Shown here piece by piece: positions 7,226 through 14,918 of a stretch of 64,000 bases of DNA. This DNA is from an uncultured Eubacteriales bacterium (GTDB taxonomy: Bacteria; Bacillota; Clostridia; TANB77; CAG-508): the NCBI GenBank assembly GCA_902787685.1, contig CADAHH010000004.1:96310-160309 (forward strand). The letters are read 5' to 3'. The notes under the pieces are model-generated. The model did not search any database and was not told the origin of the DNA. It worked only from the letters and a program-made list of their open reading frames with translations. Both the position numbers and the translations under genes were made by a program. How positions within the stretch are numbered: position 1 is the first letter of the stretch; every line of letters begins with the position of its first letter.

Positions 7226-9082
7226 CTATCTTATAGCGTGGAATGGACATTTAGCTATACATGTACCGCATTTTATACAAATCGATTGATCAATTTCTCT
7301 AACATCTCTACCTTCACCTTTTATTGCACCAACTGGACAATTTCTTTGGCATAATCCACAACCTTTACACAATTCTGGATTAATAGTAATTTTTGCTAAT
7401 TTCTTACATTCATTAGTTCTACACTTTTTGTCAATAACATGTTCTTTATATTCATCCATGAAATATTTCATTGTACTTAAAACTGGGTTTGGAGCTGTTT
7501 GACCTAATCCACATACACTTGCTCTAATTATATTTTTAGCTAATTTATCAAGTTTTTCTAAATCCTTTTCTTCTCCTTTTCCTTCTGTAATTCTTTCCAA
7601 TATTTCTAGCATTCTCTTTGTTCCAATTCTACATGGATTACATTTACCACAGCTTTCACTAACTGTAAATTGAAGATAAAATTTAGCTAAACTTACCATA
7701 CATTTTGTATCATCCATAACAATAAGTCCACCTGAACCCATCATTGAACCTATTTGTTTTAGTGATTCATAATCTATTGGTACATCTAAGTTCTCTTTTG
7801 GTATACATCCACCTGATGGTCCACCTGTTTGAGCAGCTTTGAATTCACGACCATTTGGAATTCCACCACCAATATCAAAAACAATTTCTCGAAGTGTTGT
7901 ACCCATTGGAACTTCAACTAATCCAATATTGTTAACATTTCCACCTAAAGCAAATACTTTTGTTCCTTTAGAGGTTTCTGTTCCTATTGAAGAATACCAT
8001 TCTGAACCTTTTAAAATAATTTGTGCAATATTAGCATATGTCTCAACATTATTTATTAAAGTTGGTTTACCCCATAAACCTGCATTTGCTGGATATGGTG
8101 GTTTTACTCTAGGTTGACCACGTTTTCCTTCTATTGATTCTAAAAGTGCTGTTTCTTCTCCACATACAAATGCCCCTGCACCTAAACGAATTTCTATATC
8201 AAAACTAAAATCTGTTCCAAATATGTTTTCTCCAAGTATTCCGTATTCTCTTGCTTGTTCAATTGCAATTTTTAATCTTTTAACAGCTATTGGGTATTCA
8301 GCTCTAACATAAATAAATCCTTTATTTGCTCCAATTGTATATCCTGCAATTTCCATTGCTTCTAAAACAGCATGTGGATCTCCCTCTAGGATACTTCTAT
8401 CCATAAATGCTCCTGGATCTCCTTCATCTGCATTACAAACCACATATTTTTGACTGCCTTCAACAGCTTTTGTAAGCTCCCATTTTTTACCTGTAGGGAA
8501 ACCTGCTCCACCACGTCCACGAAGTCCTGAATCAGATATAACTTTTACTACATCATCTTTACTCATTTCTTTTAATACTTTTTCTAATGCTTTATATCCG
8601 TCAAAAGCAATATATTCATCAATTTCTTCAGGATTAATTACTCCACAATTTTTAAGAGCTATTCTTTTTTGCTTTTTGTAAAAGTTAAGTTCATCAAGAC
8701 TATTTACTTTTGTTCCATCAATATCTTTTGCTAACAATCTTTCAACTTTATTTCCTTCTATAATATGTGTTTGAATTATTTCTTCACAATCCTCTGGTGT
8801 AACTCCTGCATAAAAAGTATCTTCAGGTCTAATAATTACAATTGGTCCTTTTGCACAAAGTCCAAAACATCCTGTTTTTATAACTCTAACATTTTCAATG
8901 TTTTTTTCTTTAATTATTCTATTAAAGTTTTCTAAAATTTTTGGAGATTTAGATGATGTACACCCTGTACCATGACATACTAAAATATGCTTTTCTCTGG
9001 TATCAGCTGAAGTATTGATTCTTAAATCTAATTCTTTTTTCTTTTCTTCTCTTATTTTATGAATTTCTTCTAAACTTTTCAT
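7226..9082 (-). CDS. hydB: NuoF-like NAD(P)H-binding flavoprotein subunit of the hydrogenase (HydB)
   Basis: GRGGAGFPTGKKW FMN/NADH region, a SLBB/4Fe-4S region, and C-terminal 2x[4Fe-4S] motifs CKGCGLCQRNCP and CIKCGTCIAKCP. Confidence 0.9.
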   Translation of the reverse strand: MKSLEEIHKIREEKKKELDLRINTSADTREKHILVCHGTGCTSSKSPKILENFNRIIKEKNIENVRVIKTGCFGLCAKGPIVIIRPEDTFYAGVTPEDCEEIIQTHIIEGNKVERLLAKDIDGTKVNSLDELNFYKKQKRIALKNCGVINPEEIDEYIAFDGYKALEKVLKEMSKDDVVKVISDSGLRGRGGAGFPTGKKWELTKAVEGSQKYVVCNADEGDPGAFMDRSILEGDPHAVLEAMEIAGYTIGANKGFIYVRAEYPIAVKRLKIAIEQAREYGILGENIFGTDFSFDIEIRLGAGAFVCGEETALLESIEGKRGQPRVKPPYPANAGLWGKPTLINNVETYANIAQIILKGSEWYSSIGTETSKGTKVFALGGNVNNIGLVEVPMGTTLREIVFDIGGGIPNGREFKAAQTGGPSGGCIPKENLDVPIDYESLKQIGSMMGSGGLIVMDDTKCMVSLAKFYLQFTVSESCGKCNPCRIGTKRMLEILERITEGKGEEKDLEKLDKLAKNIIRASVCGLGQTAPNPVLSTMKYFMDEYKEHVIDKKCRTNECKKLAKITINPELCKGCGLCQRNCPVGAIKGEGRDVREIDQSICIKCGTCIAKCPFHAIR

Positions 9083-9111
9083 AGTAATTTTTCCTTTCTT
9101 TCATTCTTTTC

Positions 9112-9299
9112 GAAATTAATATATAAATTTATTCCGTTCCTCGGCTCAATACGGTCTCTAGAGAGTGTAACATTTAATAAACCGAGCCTCTCGCTGCTCT
9201 TGCTTCGCAAGCCATCGCTTCCTCAGTTTATTAAAATAACACTCTCTAACGCGACCTCCAATCACATTCGTCACTACATAAATTTTATATATTAATTTC
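9112..9299. repeat. ~188-bp near-perfect palindrome with 21-bp AT-rich terminal inverted repeats and a GC-richer core (MITE-like, family D)
   Basis: gaaattaatatataaatttat (9112-9132) matches ataaattttatatattaatttc (9278-9299). The inner arms agagagtgtaacatttaataaaccgag / ctcagtttattaaaataacactctct also pair. Confidence 0.8.
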
Positions 9300-9317
9300 T
9301 ATATACAATAAAATAAC

Positions 9318-9815
9318 TTATTTTTCAATCGCCATTAATTCATCTAGAACTTGGTCCAACTTTTGTACAGTTGCTTTTCCATAAACTTCGCCATTTACAG
9401 TGAAAACAGGCGCTAAACCACAAGCTCCAACACATCTAGTTTCTTCTATTGAAAACTTTCCGTCTTTAGTTGTTTCTCCTACCCCAATTTTTAATCTATC
9501 AATTAATCTATCTAATATTTTTTGTGAACCTTTGACAAAACAAGCTGTTCCTAAACATACTGATATATTATATTTTCCCTTTGGTTTTAAACTAAATCTT
9601 GAATAAAATGTAATTACTCCATATATTTCTGCCATTGGAATTCCTAAATATTCTGAAAGCACTTGTTGAGCTTCTTTTGGAACATAACCATAATGTTCTT
9701 GTACCTCATTAAGCATTTGTATTAAATTATCTTTTTCTGGTTTAAATTCTTTCAAAAGTTCAGCCATAAACTCATCTTTATTACTGCATTTACAATTATT
9801 TTCTTCCATAATCAT
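9318..9815 (-). CDS. hydC: NuoE-like 2Fe-2S subunit of the hydrogenase (HydC)
   Basis: Thioredoxin-like [2Fe-2S] motifs CLGTAC...CVGACGLAP. Confidence 0.85.
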   Translation of the reverse strand: MIMEENNCKCSNKDEFMAELLKEFKPEKDNLIQMLNEVQEHYGYVPKEAQQVLSEYLGIPMAEIYGVITFYSRFSLKPKGKYNISVCLGTACFVKGSQKILDRLIDRLKIGVGETTKDGKFSIEETRCVGACGLAPVFTVNGEVYGKATVQKLDQVLDELMAIEK

Positions 9816-9926
9816 TTCAACCTTTCTTTTATTATTTCAAATACTATATTAACATTAATAATTTTATATTTCAATATATTCAAGCAAAAAAATTGCAGTT
9901 AATTTTTAGTCATTATTACAAAATTC

Positions 9927-9962
9927 GACAAAAAGAGACTACTATTTAAGCAGTCTCTTTAA
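9927..9962 (-). terminator. Intrinsic terminator ending the suf-mnmA operon
   Basis: agagact / agtctct stem followed by a T-run on the minus strand, ~80 nt after the mnmA stop. Confidence 0.6.
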
Positions 9963-10041
9963 TCATTTTTGTATTTTTATTTTTCTTTTAAAACCTCATA
10001 CACATATACAATATAGCTGGCAATATAGCTGGGTTGAATAA

Positions 10042-11091
10042 TTATTTAATTTTTCCCCCACCTAAACAAAAATCTCCTATATAGAATACTGCAGATTGTC
10101 CAGGTGTTAAAGCTCTTACTTCTTCATCAAATCTTATTTTAATAGTATTTTTATCTATTTGAATTATTTTGGCTTTTGTTTGTTTAGAAGAATATCTTGT
10201 TTTAACCTCTACTTCCATTTCATCTTTTATTTCATCTACTAATATTAAATTGATATTTTCTACTATTGCTTCCTTTTTATATAATTCTTTTTTTTCCCCA
10301 ACTATTACCTCATTTTTTAGGTTATTAAATCCTAAAACAAAAAGTGGCACTTTATTTGAAATTCCTAATCCTTTACGTTGCCCAATTGTATAATTATATA
10401 GCCCTGTATGTTCTCCTAGAATTTCTCCTTTTGAATTTACAATATTACCTTTTTTAGGTTTTATATCAGAGTTGTTTTCTAGAAATGTTTTATAATTTCC
10501 ATCTGGTACAAAACATATATCTTCTGAATCTGGCTTATTTGCAACTTTTAGATTATTATCACTTGCAATCTTTCTAATTTCATCTTTTGACGAAAAACTT
10601 CCTAAAGGAAAAACTATATGCTCTATTATATCTTTTGGAGTATTCCACAATACATAACTCTGATCTTTTTTACCTGCATTTGATTTTTTTATACCCCATC
10701 TTTGAAATTCTTCATTAAAATCTGTTTTTGCATAATGACCTGTTGCTATGTAATCTATCCCCATTTCTTTGGCCTTTTCGTACATAAGACCAAATTTCAT
10801 ATATTTATTACATTCTATACATGGATTAGGAGTCTTACAATTTGAATAGCATTTAATAAAATCATCTATTACATATTTTTTAAATTCATCTTTATAATTA
10901 AATATAAAATGTGGAATTCCTATTTGGTTACATACATTTTTTGCATCTAAATATGTATTTGTATTACAACAACTGCTTCCAGCAAATAATTCTAATGTGC
11001 ATCCTATTACTTCATAACCTTGTTCTTTTAATAGTAGAGCAGAAACAGAGCTATCTACTCCTCCGCTCATACCTAATAATACTTTTTTCAT
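10042..11091 (-). CDS. mnmA: tRNA 2-thiouridine(34) synthase
   Basis: PP-loop GMSGGVDSS and MnmA-like sequence throughout. Start set at MKKVLLGMSGG. Confidence 0.9.
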   Translation of the reverse strand: MKKVLLGMSGGVDSSVSALLLKEQGYEVIGCTLELFAGSSCCNTNTYLDAKNVCNQIGIPHFIFNYKDEFKKYVIDDFIKCYSNCKTPNPCIECNKYMKFGLMYEKAKEMGIDYIATGHYAKTDFNEEFQRWGIKKSNAGKKDQSYVLWNTPKDIIEHIVFPLGSFSSKDEIRKIASDNNLKVANKPDSEDICFVPDGNYKTFLENNSDIKPKKGNIVNSKGEILGEHTGLYNYTIGQRKGLGISNKVPLFVLGFNNLKNEVIVGEKKELYKKEAIVENINLILVDEIKDEMEVEVKTRYSSKQTKAKIIQIDKNTIKIRFDEEVRALTPGQSAVFYIGDFCLGGGKIK

Positions 11092-11136
11092 AAATAAACC
11101 TTTCACTTTTTATTTTTACACACAGCAAGATGACTA

Positions 11137-11571
11137 TTATTTTTCTAACGATATCATATCATCTAGTGTGTGCCATGCTAAAAGTGCACACTTAACTCTT
11201 GCTGGCATATTAGAAACATTTTTAAAAGCAATTGCATCTTCTAGTTTTTCTAAATTTGCTTCATCAACTTCTTCTCTTTTTATCATAGAAATAAATGTTT
11301 TAATTATTTCTTTTGCTTCTTCAATTGTTTTTCCTTTTAATGTATCTATCATAATTGAAGTAGATGCTTGTGATATTGCACAGCCATGTCCTGAAAATGC
11401 CATATCTTCAATAACATTTCCATTCATTTTAACTTCTAAGGTAATTTCATCTCCACAGTTTGGATTATGTCCAATATCACATAAATCCGCTTTACCTAAT
11501 TTCTTTTTATTATATGAGTTCATACTGTGTTCCATAATTAATTCATTGTATATATTATTTAAATCATCCAT
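11137..11571 (-). CDS. sufU: SUF-type Fe-S cluster scaffold / sulfur acceptor
   Basis: NPNCGDE...GHGCAISQAS...RVKCALLAW (three conserved Cys, SufU-type). Start set at MDDLNNIY. Confidence 0.85.
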   Translation of the reverse strand: MDDLNNIYNELIMEHSMNSYNKKKLGKADLCDIGHNPNCGDEITLEVKMNGNVIEDMAFSGHGCAISQASTSIMIDTLKGKTIEEAKEIIKTFISMIKREEVDEANLEKLEDAIAFKNVSNMPARVKCALLAWHTLDDMISLEK

Positions 11572-11635
11572 AAGAAATCCTTTCAAAATTTGACATTTAT
11601 TTATTTATTATAATTGTAAATAGGAGGTGATAAAT

Positions 11636-11929
11636 ATGGCGGATTCATTAACCTTTCGTAATCAACAATCAGTCAAACCATCTGCAGTATATACTGTTAC
11701 TAATAAAATGTCACAATTACATATTCTGTCATCTAAAGTTAAGGTTTGTATTGATGAAGCACTATCAAAAAGTGATGATAAGGATTACCTATCTTATAAT
11801 CTAAATACAGCAAAAACTTATATTGAAAATATACTTCAAGTTTTAGAACCCGAATTAAATTCTCATACCGCCCCTACAGGTAATGATGAACCTGAAGAAG
11901 GTGGACTTGACAAAAGTGACTTTGTTTAA
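11636..11929 (+). CDS. Hypothetical 97-aa acidic protein, antisense to the suf operon
   Basis: AGGAGGTGA lies 5 nt before the ATG at 11636 (the track start at 11627 is rejected). A terminator hairpin follows immediately. No motif recognised. Confidence 0.55.
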   Translation: MADSLTFRNQQSVKPSAVYTVTNKMSQLHILSSKVKVCIDEALSKSDDKDYLSYNLNTAKTYIENILQVLEPELNSHTAPTGNDEPEEGGLDKSDFV

Positions 11930-11956
11930 AACCTTGACTATCAAGGTTTTTTATTT
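11927..11956. terminator. Bidirectional hairpin overlapping the sufS stop codon
   Basis: aaaaccttga ctat tcaaggtttttt. Confidence 0.65.
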
Positions 11957-13174
11957 TTTCAAAAACCTCTCAAACATACTATAAGCTTTATTTAATGCAT
12001 TTACCAATTTATCCACATCATCCTTTGTATTATACAGATAAAAACTTGCTCTGCAGGTTGAATCTATTCCCATATATCTTAAAAGTGGTTGTGCACAATG
12101 GTTTCCTGATCGCACACATACTCCTTCTGAATCAAGTATACTTGCAACATCATGTGGATGAACTCCTTTTATGTTAAAAGAAATTACAGCCGAATGATTT
12201 TTTGCATTTTGTGTTAAATATAATTCTATATAATCCAATTTTTTTAATTCTTTAATTGCATAGCTTACAACTTCATTTTCAATTTCTTGAATTTTATCAT
12301 ATCCTATATTTTCAATATAATCAATTGCTACACCTAACCCAATTACACCTTCTACATTTTGTGTTCCTGCTTCAAATTTATTTGGTAGTGGTGCAAATGT
12401 TGTTTCTTGTTCATATACATATTCTATCATATCTCCCCCCATAAGAAAAGGGGTCATTTTATTTAATATTTCTTTTTTTCCATATAATACTCCTATTCCA
12501 AGTGGAGCTAGCATTTTATGACCTGAAAAAACTAGAAAATCACAGTCTAAGTCTTGTACATCTATTTTCATATGAGGAATACTTTGAGACGCATCTAATA
12601 CTACAACTGCACCTTTTTTATGTGCATATTTAATTATCTTTTTTACATCATTAATAGTTCCTAAAACATTTGATACATGTGTAATTGCAACAATCTTTGT
12701 ATTGTCTGTAATTTTAGTTTCTATTTCTTCATCAGAAATTTCATAATTATCATTAATATACATATATTCTAATTTAGCGCCTGTTACTTTGCTTACTTTT
12801 TGCCAGGGTACTAAATTTGAATGATGTTCCATAATAGAAAGAACTATTTCATCATCTTTTTTTAGATTATCCATTCCATAAGAATAAGCAATCAAGTTTA
12901 AAGCTTCTGAAGCATTTTTTGTAAATATAATTTCTTGTGCTTGTCTACTATTTATAAATTTTGCAATTTTCCCCCTAGTGTTTTCGTACATTTCAGTAGC
13001 TTCCATACTTAAAGAATATGCTCCTCTATGAGGATTTGCATTAAAATTTTCATAAAAGTCTTTAACAACATCAATTACTTGCACTGGTTTTTGTGTTGTA
13101 GCTCCACTATCTAAATAAGTTATATTTCTATTTTTCAATAATGGAAAATCATTTATTATTTCTTCTATATTCAT
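11951..13174 (-). CDS. sufS: Cysteine desulfurase, SufS type
   Basis: Class V aminotransferase fold, PLP lysine in FSGHKM, catalytic Cys in RSGNHCAQP. Confidence 0.9.
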   Translation of the reverse strand: MNIEEIINDFPLLKNRNITYLDSGATTQKPVQVIDVVKDFYENFNANPHRGAYSLSMEATEMYENTRGKIAKFINSRQAQEIIFTKNASEALNLIAYSYGMDNLKKDDEIVLSIMEHHSNLVPWQKVSKVTGAKLEYMYINDNYEISDEEIETKITDNTKIVAITHVSNVLGTINDVKKIIKYAHKKGAVVVLDASQSIPHMKIDVQDLDCDFLVFSGHKMLAPLGIGVLYGKKEILNKMTPFLMGGDMIEYVYEQETTFAPLPNKFEAGTQNVEGVIGLGVAIDYIENIGYDKIQEIENEVVSYAIKELKKLDYIELYLTQNAKNHSAVISFNIKGVHPHDVASILDSEGVCVRSGNHCAQPLLRYMGIDSTCRASFYLYNTKDDVDKLVNALNKAYSMFERFLKK

Positions 13175-13290
13175 AATTTAGCCCTTTCTGTCGACTTTTG
13201 TCGAACGATTTTTCTTGATTTATAGCACATTTGGTAATATAATTATGTAGCCTCTTTTTAAGAGAGTTCTTATTAAAGGAGGTGAACTAT

Positions 13291-13356
13291 ATGAAAAAGT
13301 TCATACGTTTAGTTGCTATGATATTAATATATTTGATTTCAAAATCAGATGATTAA
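13291..13356 (+). CDS. 21-aa hydrophobic peptide MKKFIRLVAMILIYLISKSDD; candidate type I toxin
   Basis: Promoter TTGATT (13215-13220)-17-TATAAT (13238-13243). The 5' UTR cctcttttt can pair with the SD aaaggagg. SD AAGGAGGTGA. The peptide is conserved in copy B. Confidence 0.5.
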   Translation: MKKFIRLVAMILIYLISKSDD

Positions 13357-13368
13357 TACATAGACACG

Positions 13369-13400
13369 AAAAAATCCCACTTGGCAGAGTGGGATTTTTA
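13369..13400. terminator. Bidirectional intrinsic terminator
   Basis: aaaaaatcccac ttggcaga gtgggattttt. Confidence 0.8.
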
Positions 13401-13427
13401 TATATGATAAGTTCATACGTTTATCAT
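13369..13427 (-). ncRNA. Candidate antitoxin sRNA (~60 nt)
   Basis: Minus-strand TTGACA (13463-13458)-17-TATTAT (13440-13435). The transcript starts with the complement of 13401-13423, a direct repeat of 13288-13311 (ATG plus codons 2-7), and ends at the shared terminator. Confidence 0.45.
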
Positions 13428-13510
13428 CATATTTATAATACATCAGATTTTTAGAAATGTCAATATCTATGTAAATTTTTTAATCGCAAAATTCGACATA
13501 TTCCCCACTT

Positions 13511-14572
13511 TTATGTTAATTTAGTATCTATCTGCTCAACAATTTTCTTTTTTATCTCTTCATTTTTTATATTTTCAATTATCTCATTAAACCCTGCTCT
13601 TATTATTAGTTTTTCTGCTTCTTGTTTTGATAATCCTCTTGTCATTAAATAAAACAAATTCTTTTTATCTATTTTCCCACATGCTGTGCTATGGCTTCCT
13701 TCTACATCTTCTTCTGTGCATAAAAGAATTGGAAGTGATATAGATTTTGCAGTATCAGATAGAATTGTACAATATTCTTTTTCATCTCCTATTGCCTTTT
13801 TTGCACCTTTTTTGAAATCTATTGTACCCTTGAAGTGTTTTTTACAATTATCTTTTATAGCACCTTTTACATCTATTCTTGCATTTGTATTTTTTCCATA
13901 ACACTCCATAATATAATTTAAATCTATAATTTGATTTTCATTTCCTAAATATACTGTATTCAAAGTATTTTTTGCATTATCGCCTTTTAAGTTTGAATAA
14001 TAATTTGTAACACTATTTTTTCCGCCAAAATCTACTATTGTATATTTTACATCTGCATTTTCTTCCAAAATGTTTTCAATTGCAATAAAATTATTTGATT
14101 TATTATTTAGCATATTTAGAATTATAATACTGGCTTTAGCTTCTTTATTTGCTATAACTTTTACTTTAGAATTATGATAACCATATGTATAATCAATTGA
14201 TTTATAATCTAAAACAATAGTAGAATTTGATTTTTCTTTTAGATTTATTTCTATATTTTCTATTAAATATTTATTATTCTCAGAAAATTCATAAGTTAAA
14301 TGTAATTCTTTATTATTAGTATTTGTTACATTAATTGATATTGTTTTATTTGATTTATCTTTAATTTGATTTTCTAAAAAATCCCCATTTCCATACTTAA
14401 ATTCTGTGAATTTATTAATTTCTAGAATTTCAAAATCAATTGTATCAACTAAAAACCTCAAACCATTAAATTGTTGTATAGTTTCAGGTATTTCTATATT
14501 TTCCAATTTTATATTATTTATAGCATAATTTTTTGCTGTTCTTATTGGTGTTTCGTTTAGTGTTAAATTCAT
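13511..14572 (-). CDS. sufD: Fe-S cluster assembly protein SufD
   Basis: SufB/SufD family C-terminal beta-helix region. Start moved to MNLTLNETP (ATG 14570-14572, GAAAGGAC upstream), because the track's 34-codon extension is repeat sequence. Confidence 0.8.
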   Translation of the reverse strand: MNLTLNETPIRTAKNYAINNIKLENIEIPETIQQFNGLRFLVDTIDFEILEINKFTEFKYGNGDFLENQIKDKSNKTISINVTNTNNKELHLTYEFSENNKYLIENIEINLKEKSNSTIVLDYKSIDYTYGYHNSKVKVIANKEAKASIIILNMLNNKSNNFIAIENILEENADVKYTIVDFGGKNSVTNYYSNLKGDNAKNTLNTVYLGNENQIIDLNYIMECYGKNTNARIDVKGAIKDNCKKHFKGTIDFKKGAKKAIGDEKEYCTILSDTAKSISLPILLCTEEDVEGSHSTACGKIDKKNLFYLMTRGLSKQEAEKLIIRAGFNEIIENIKNEEIKKKIVEQIDTKLT

Positions 14573-14693
14573 GATATTTAGTCCTTTCTGTCGACTTTTG
14601 TCGAACAATTTTTCTTGATTTGTAGCGCTTTTTGTAATATAATTATGTCGCCTCTTTTTAGAGAGTATTTTCATAAAGGAGGTGATGTTACTT

Positions 14694-14759
14694 ATGAAGA
14701 AATTACTAAAACTAGTAGCTATGATATTAATTTATTTGATTTCAAAATCTGATAATTAA
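14694..14759 (+). CDS. 21-aa hydrophobic peptide MKKLLKLVAMILIYLISKSDN; candidate type I toxin
   Basis: SD AAGGAGGTGA. 16 of 21 residues are identical to copy A, with all differences in residues 4-7 and the last residue. Confidence 0.5.
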   Translation: MKKLLKLVAMILIYLISKSDN

Positions 14760-14772
14760 TACATAGAAACGT

Positions 14773-14805
14773 AAAAACCCCACTCCGACAAGTGGGGTTT
14801 TTTTG
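14773..14805. terminator. Bidirectional intrinsic terminator
   Basis: aaaaaccccact ccgaca agtggggttttttt. Confidence 0.8.
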
Positions 14806-14834
14806 ATACTTATGAAAAAATACTAAAACTTTTC
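14773..14834 (-). ncRNA. Candidate antitoxin sRNA
   Basis: Minus-strand TTGACA (14869-14864)-17-TATTAT (14846-14841). The 5' end is the complement of 14807-14830, a direct repeat of 14690-14713 (acttatgaa.aaa.tactaaaact). Confidence 0.45.
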
Positions 14835-14918
14835 ATATTTATAATACATCAAATTTTCGAAAATGTCAATATTTATTGAATTTTTTCCATCGACATAATT
14901 TGGCATATTTCCCACTTT

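Larger units (their letters stand above)
13175..13510 (+). mobile_element. 336-bp cassette filling the whole sufD-sufS gap; paralog of 14573-14918; carries a type I TA-like module and imperfect terminal inverted repeats
   Basis: Aligns end to end with 14573-14918. The left end tgtcgacttttgtcgaacgattttt is matched by the reverse complement of the right end (atgtcgaattttgcgattaaaaa). It also supplies the RBS of sufS (agaaaggg). Confidence 0.7.
14573..14918 (+). mobile_element. 346-bp cassette filling the sufB-sufD gap; paralog of 13175-13510
   Basis: Same order of parts as copy A: terminal repeat, plus-strand promoter (TTGATT 14615-14620, TATAAT 14638-14643), anti-SD, SD, small ORF, terminator, direct repeat, minus-strand promoter. 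Confidence 0.7.

Noticed and set aside
10009-10032. Perfect tandem duplication of caatatagctgg just downstream of mnmA
   Set aside because: There are only two units in a 3' UTR. This is most simply a slippage duplication, and no function can be argued from the sequence alone.
11168-11593. 141-aa plus-strand ORF, plus many similar 60-130-aa ORFs antisense to long genes (for example 617-841, 1766-2077, 4323-4562, 7839-8117, 24438-24746, 57820-58203, 61775-62149, 62687-63019)
   Set aside because: They lie fully inside well-supported genes on the other strand. They have no SD and a Ser/Phe/Ile/Leu-rich composition typical of antisense frames in AT-rich DNA.
13511-14674. N-terminal extensions of track ORFs (sufD to 14674, membrane protein to 7022, GtrA to 2070, Alg13-like to 39867, hydA to 5275, ruvB to 39265)
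   Set aside because: The extensions read into repeat or intergenic sequence. Internal ATG codons with proper GGAGG-type SDs match the expected protein N-termini.
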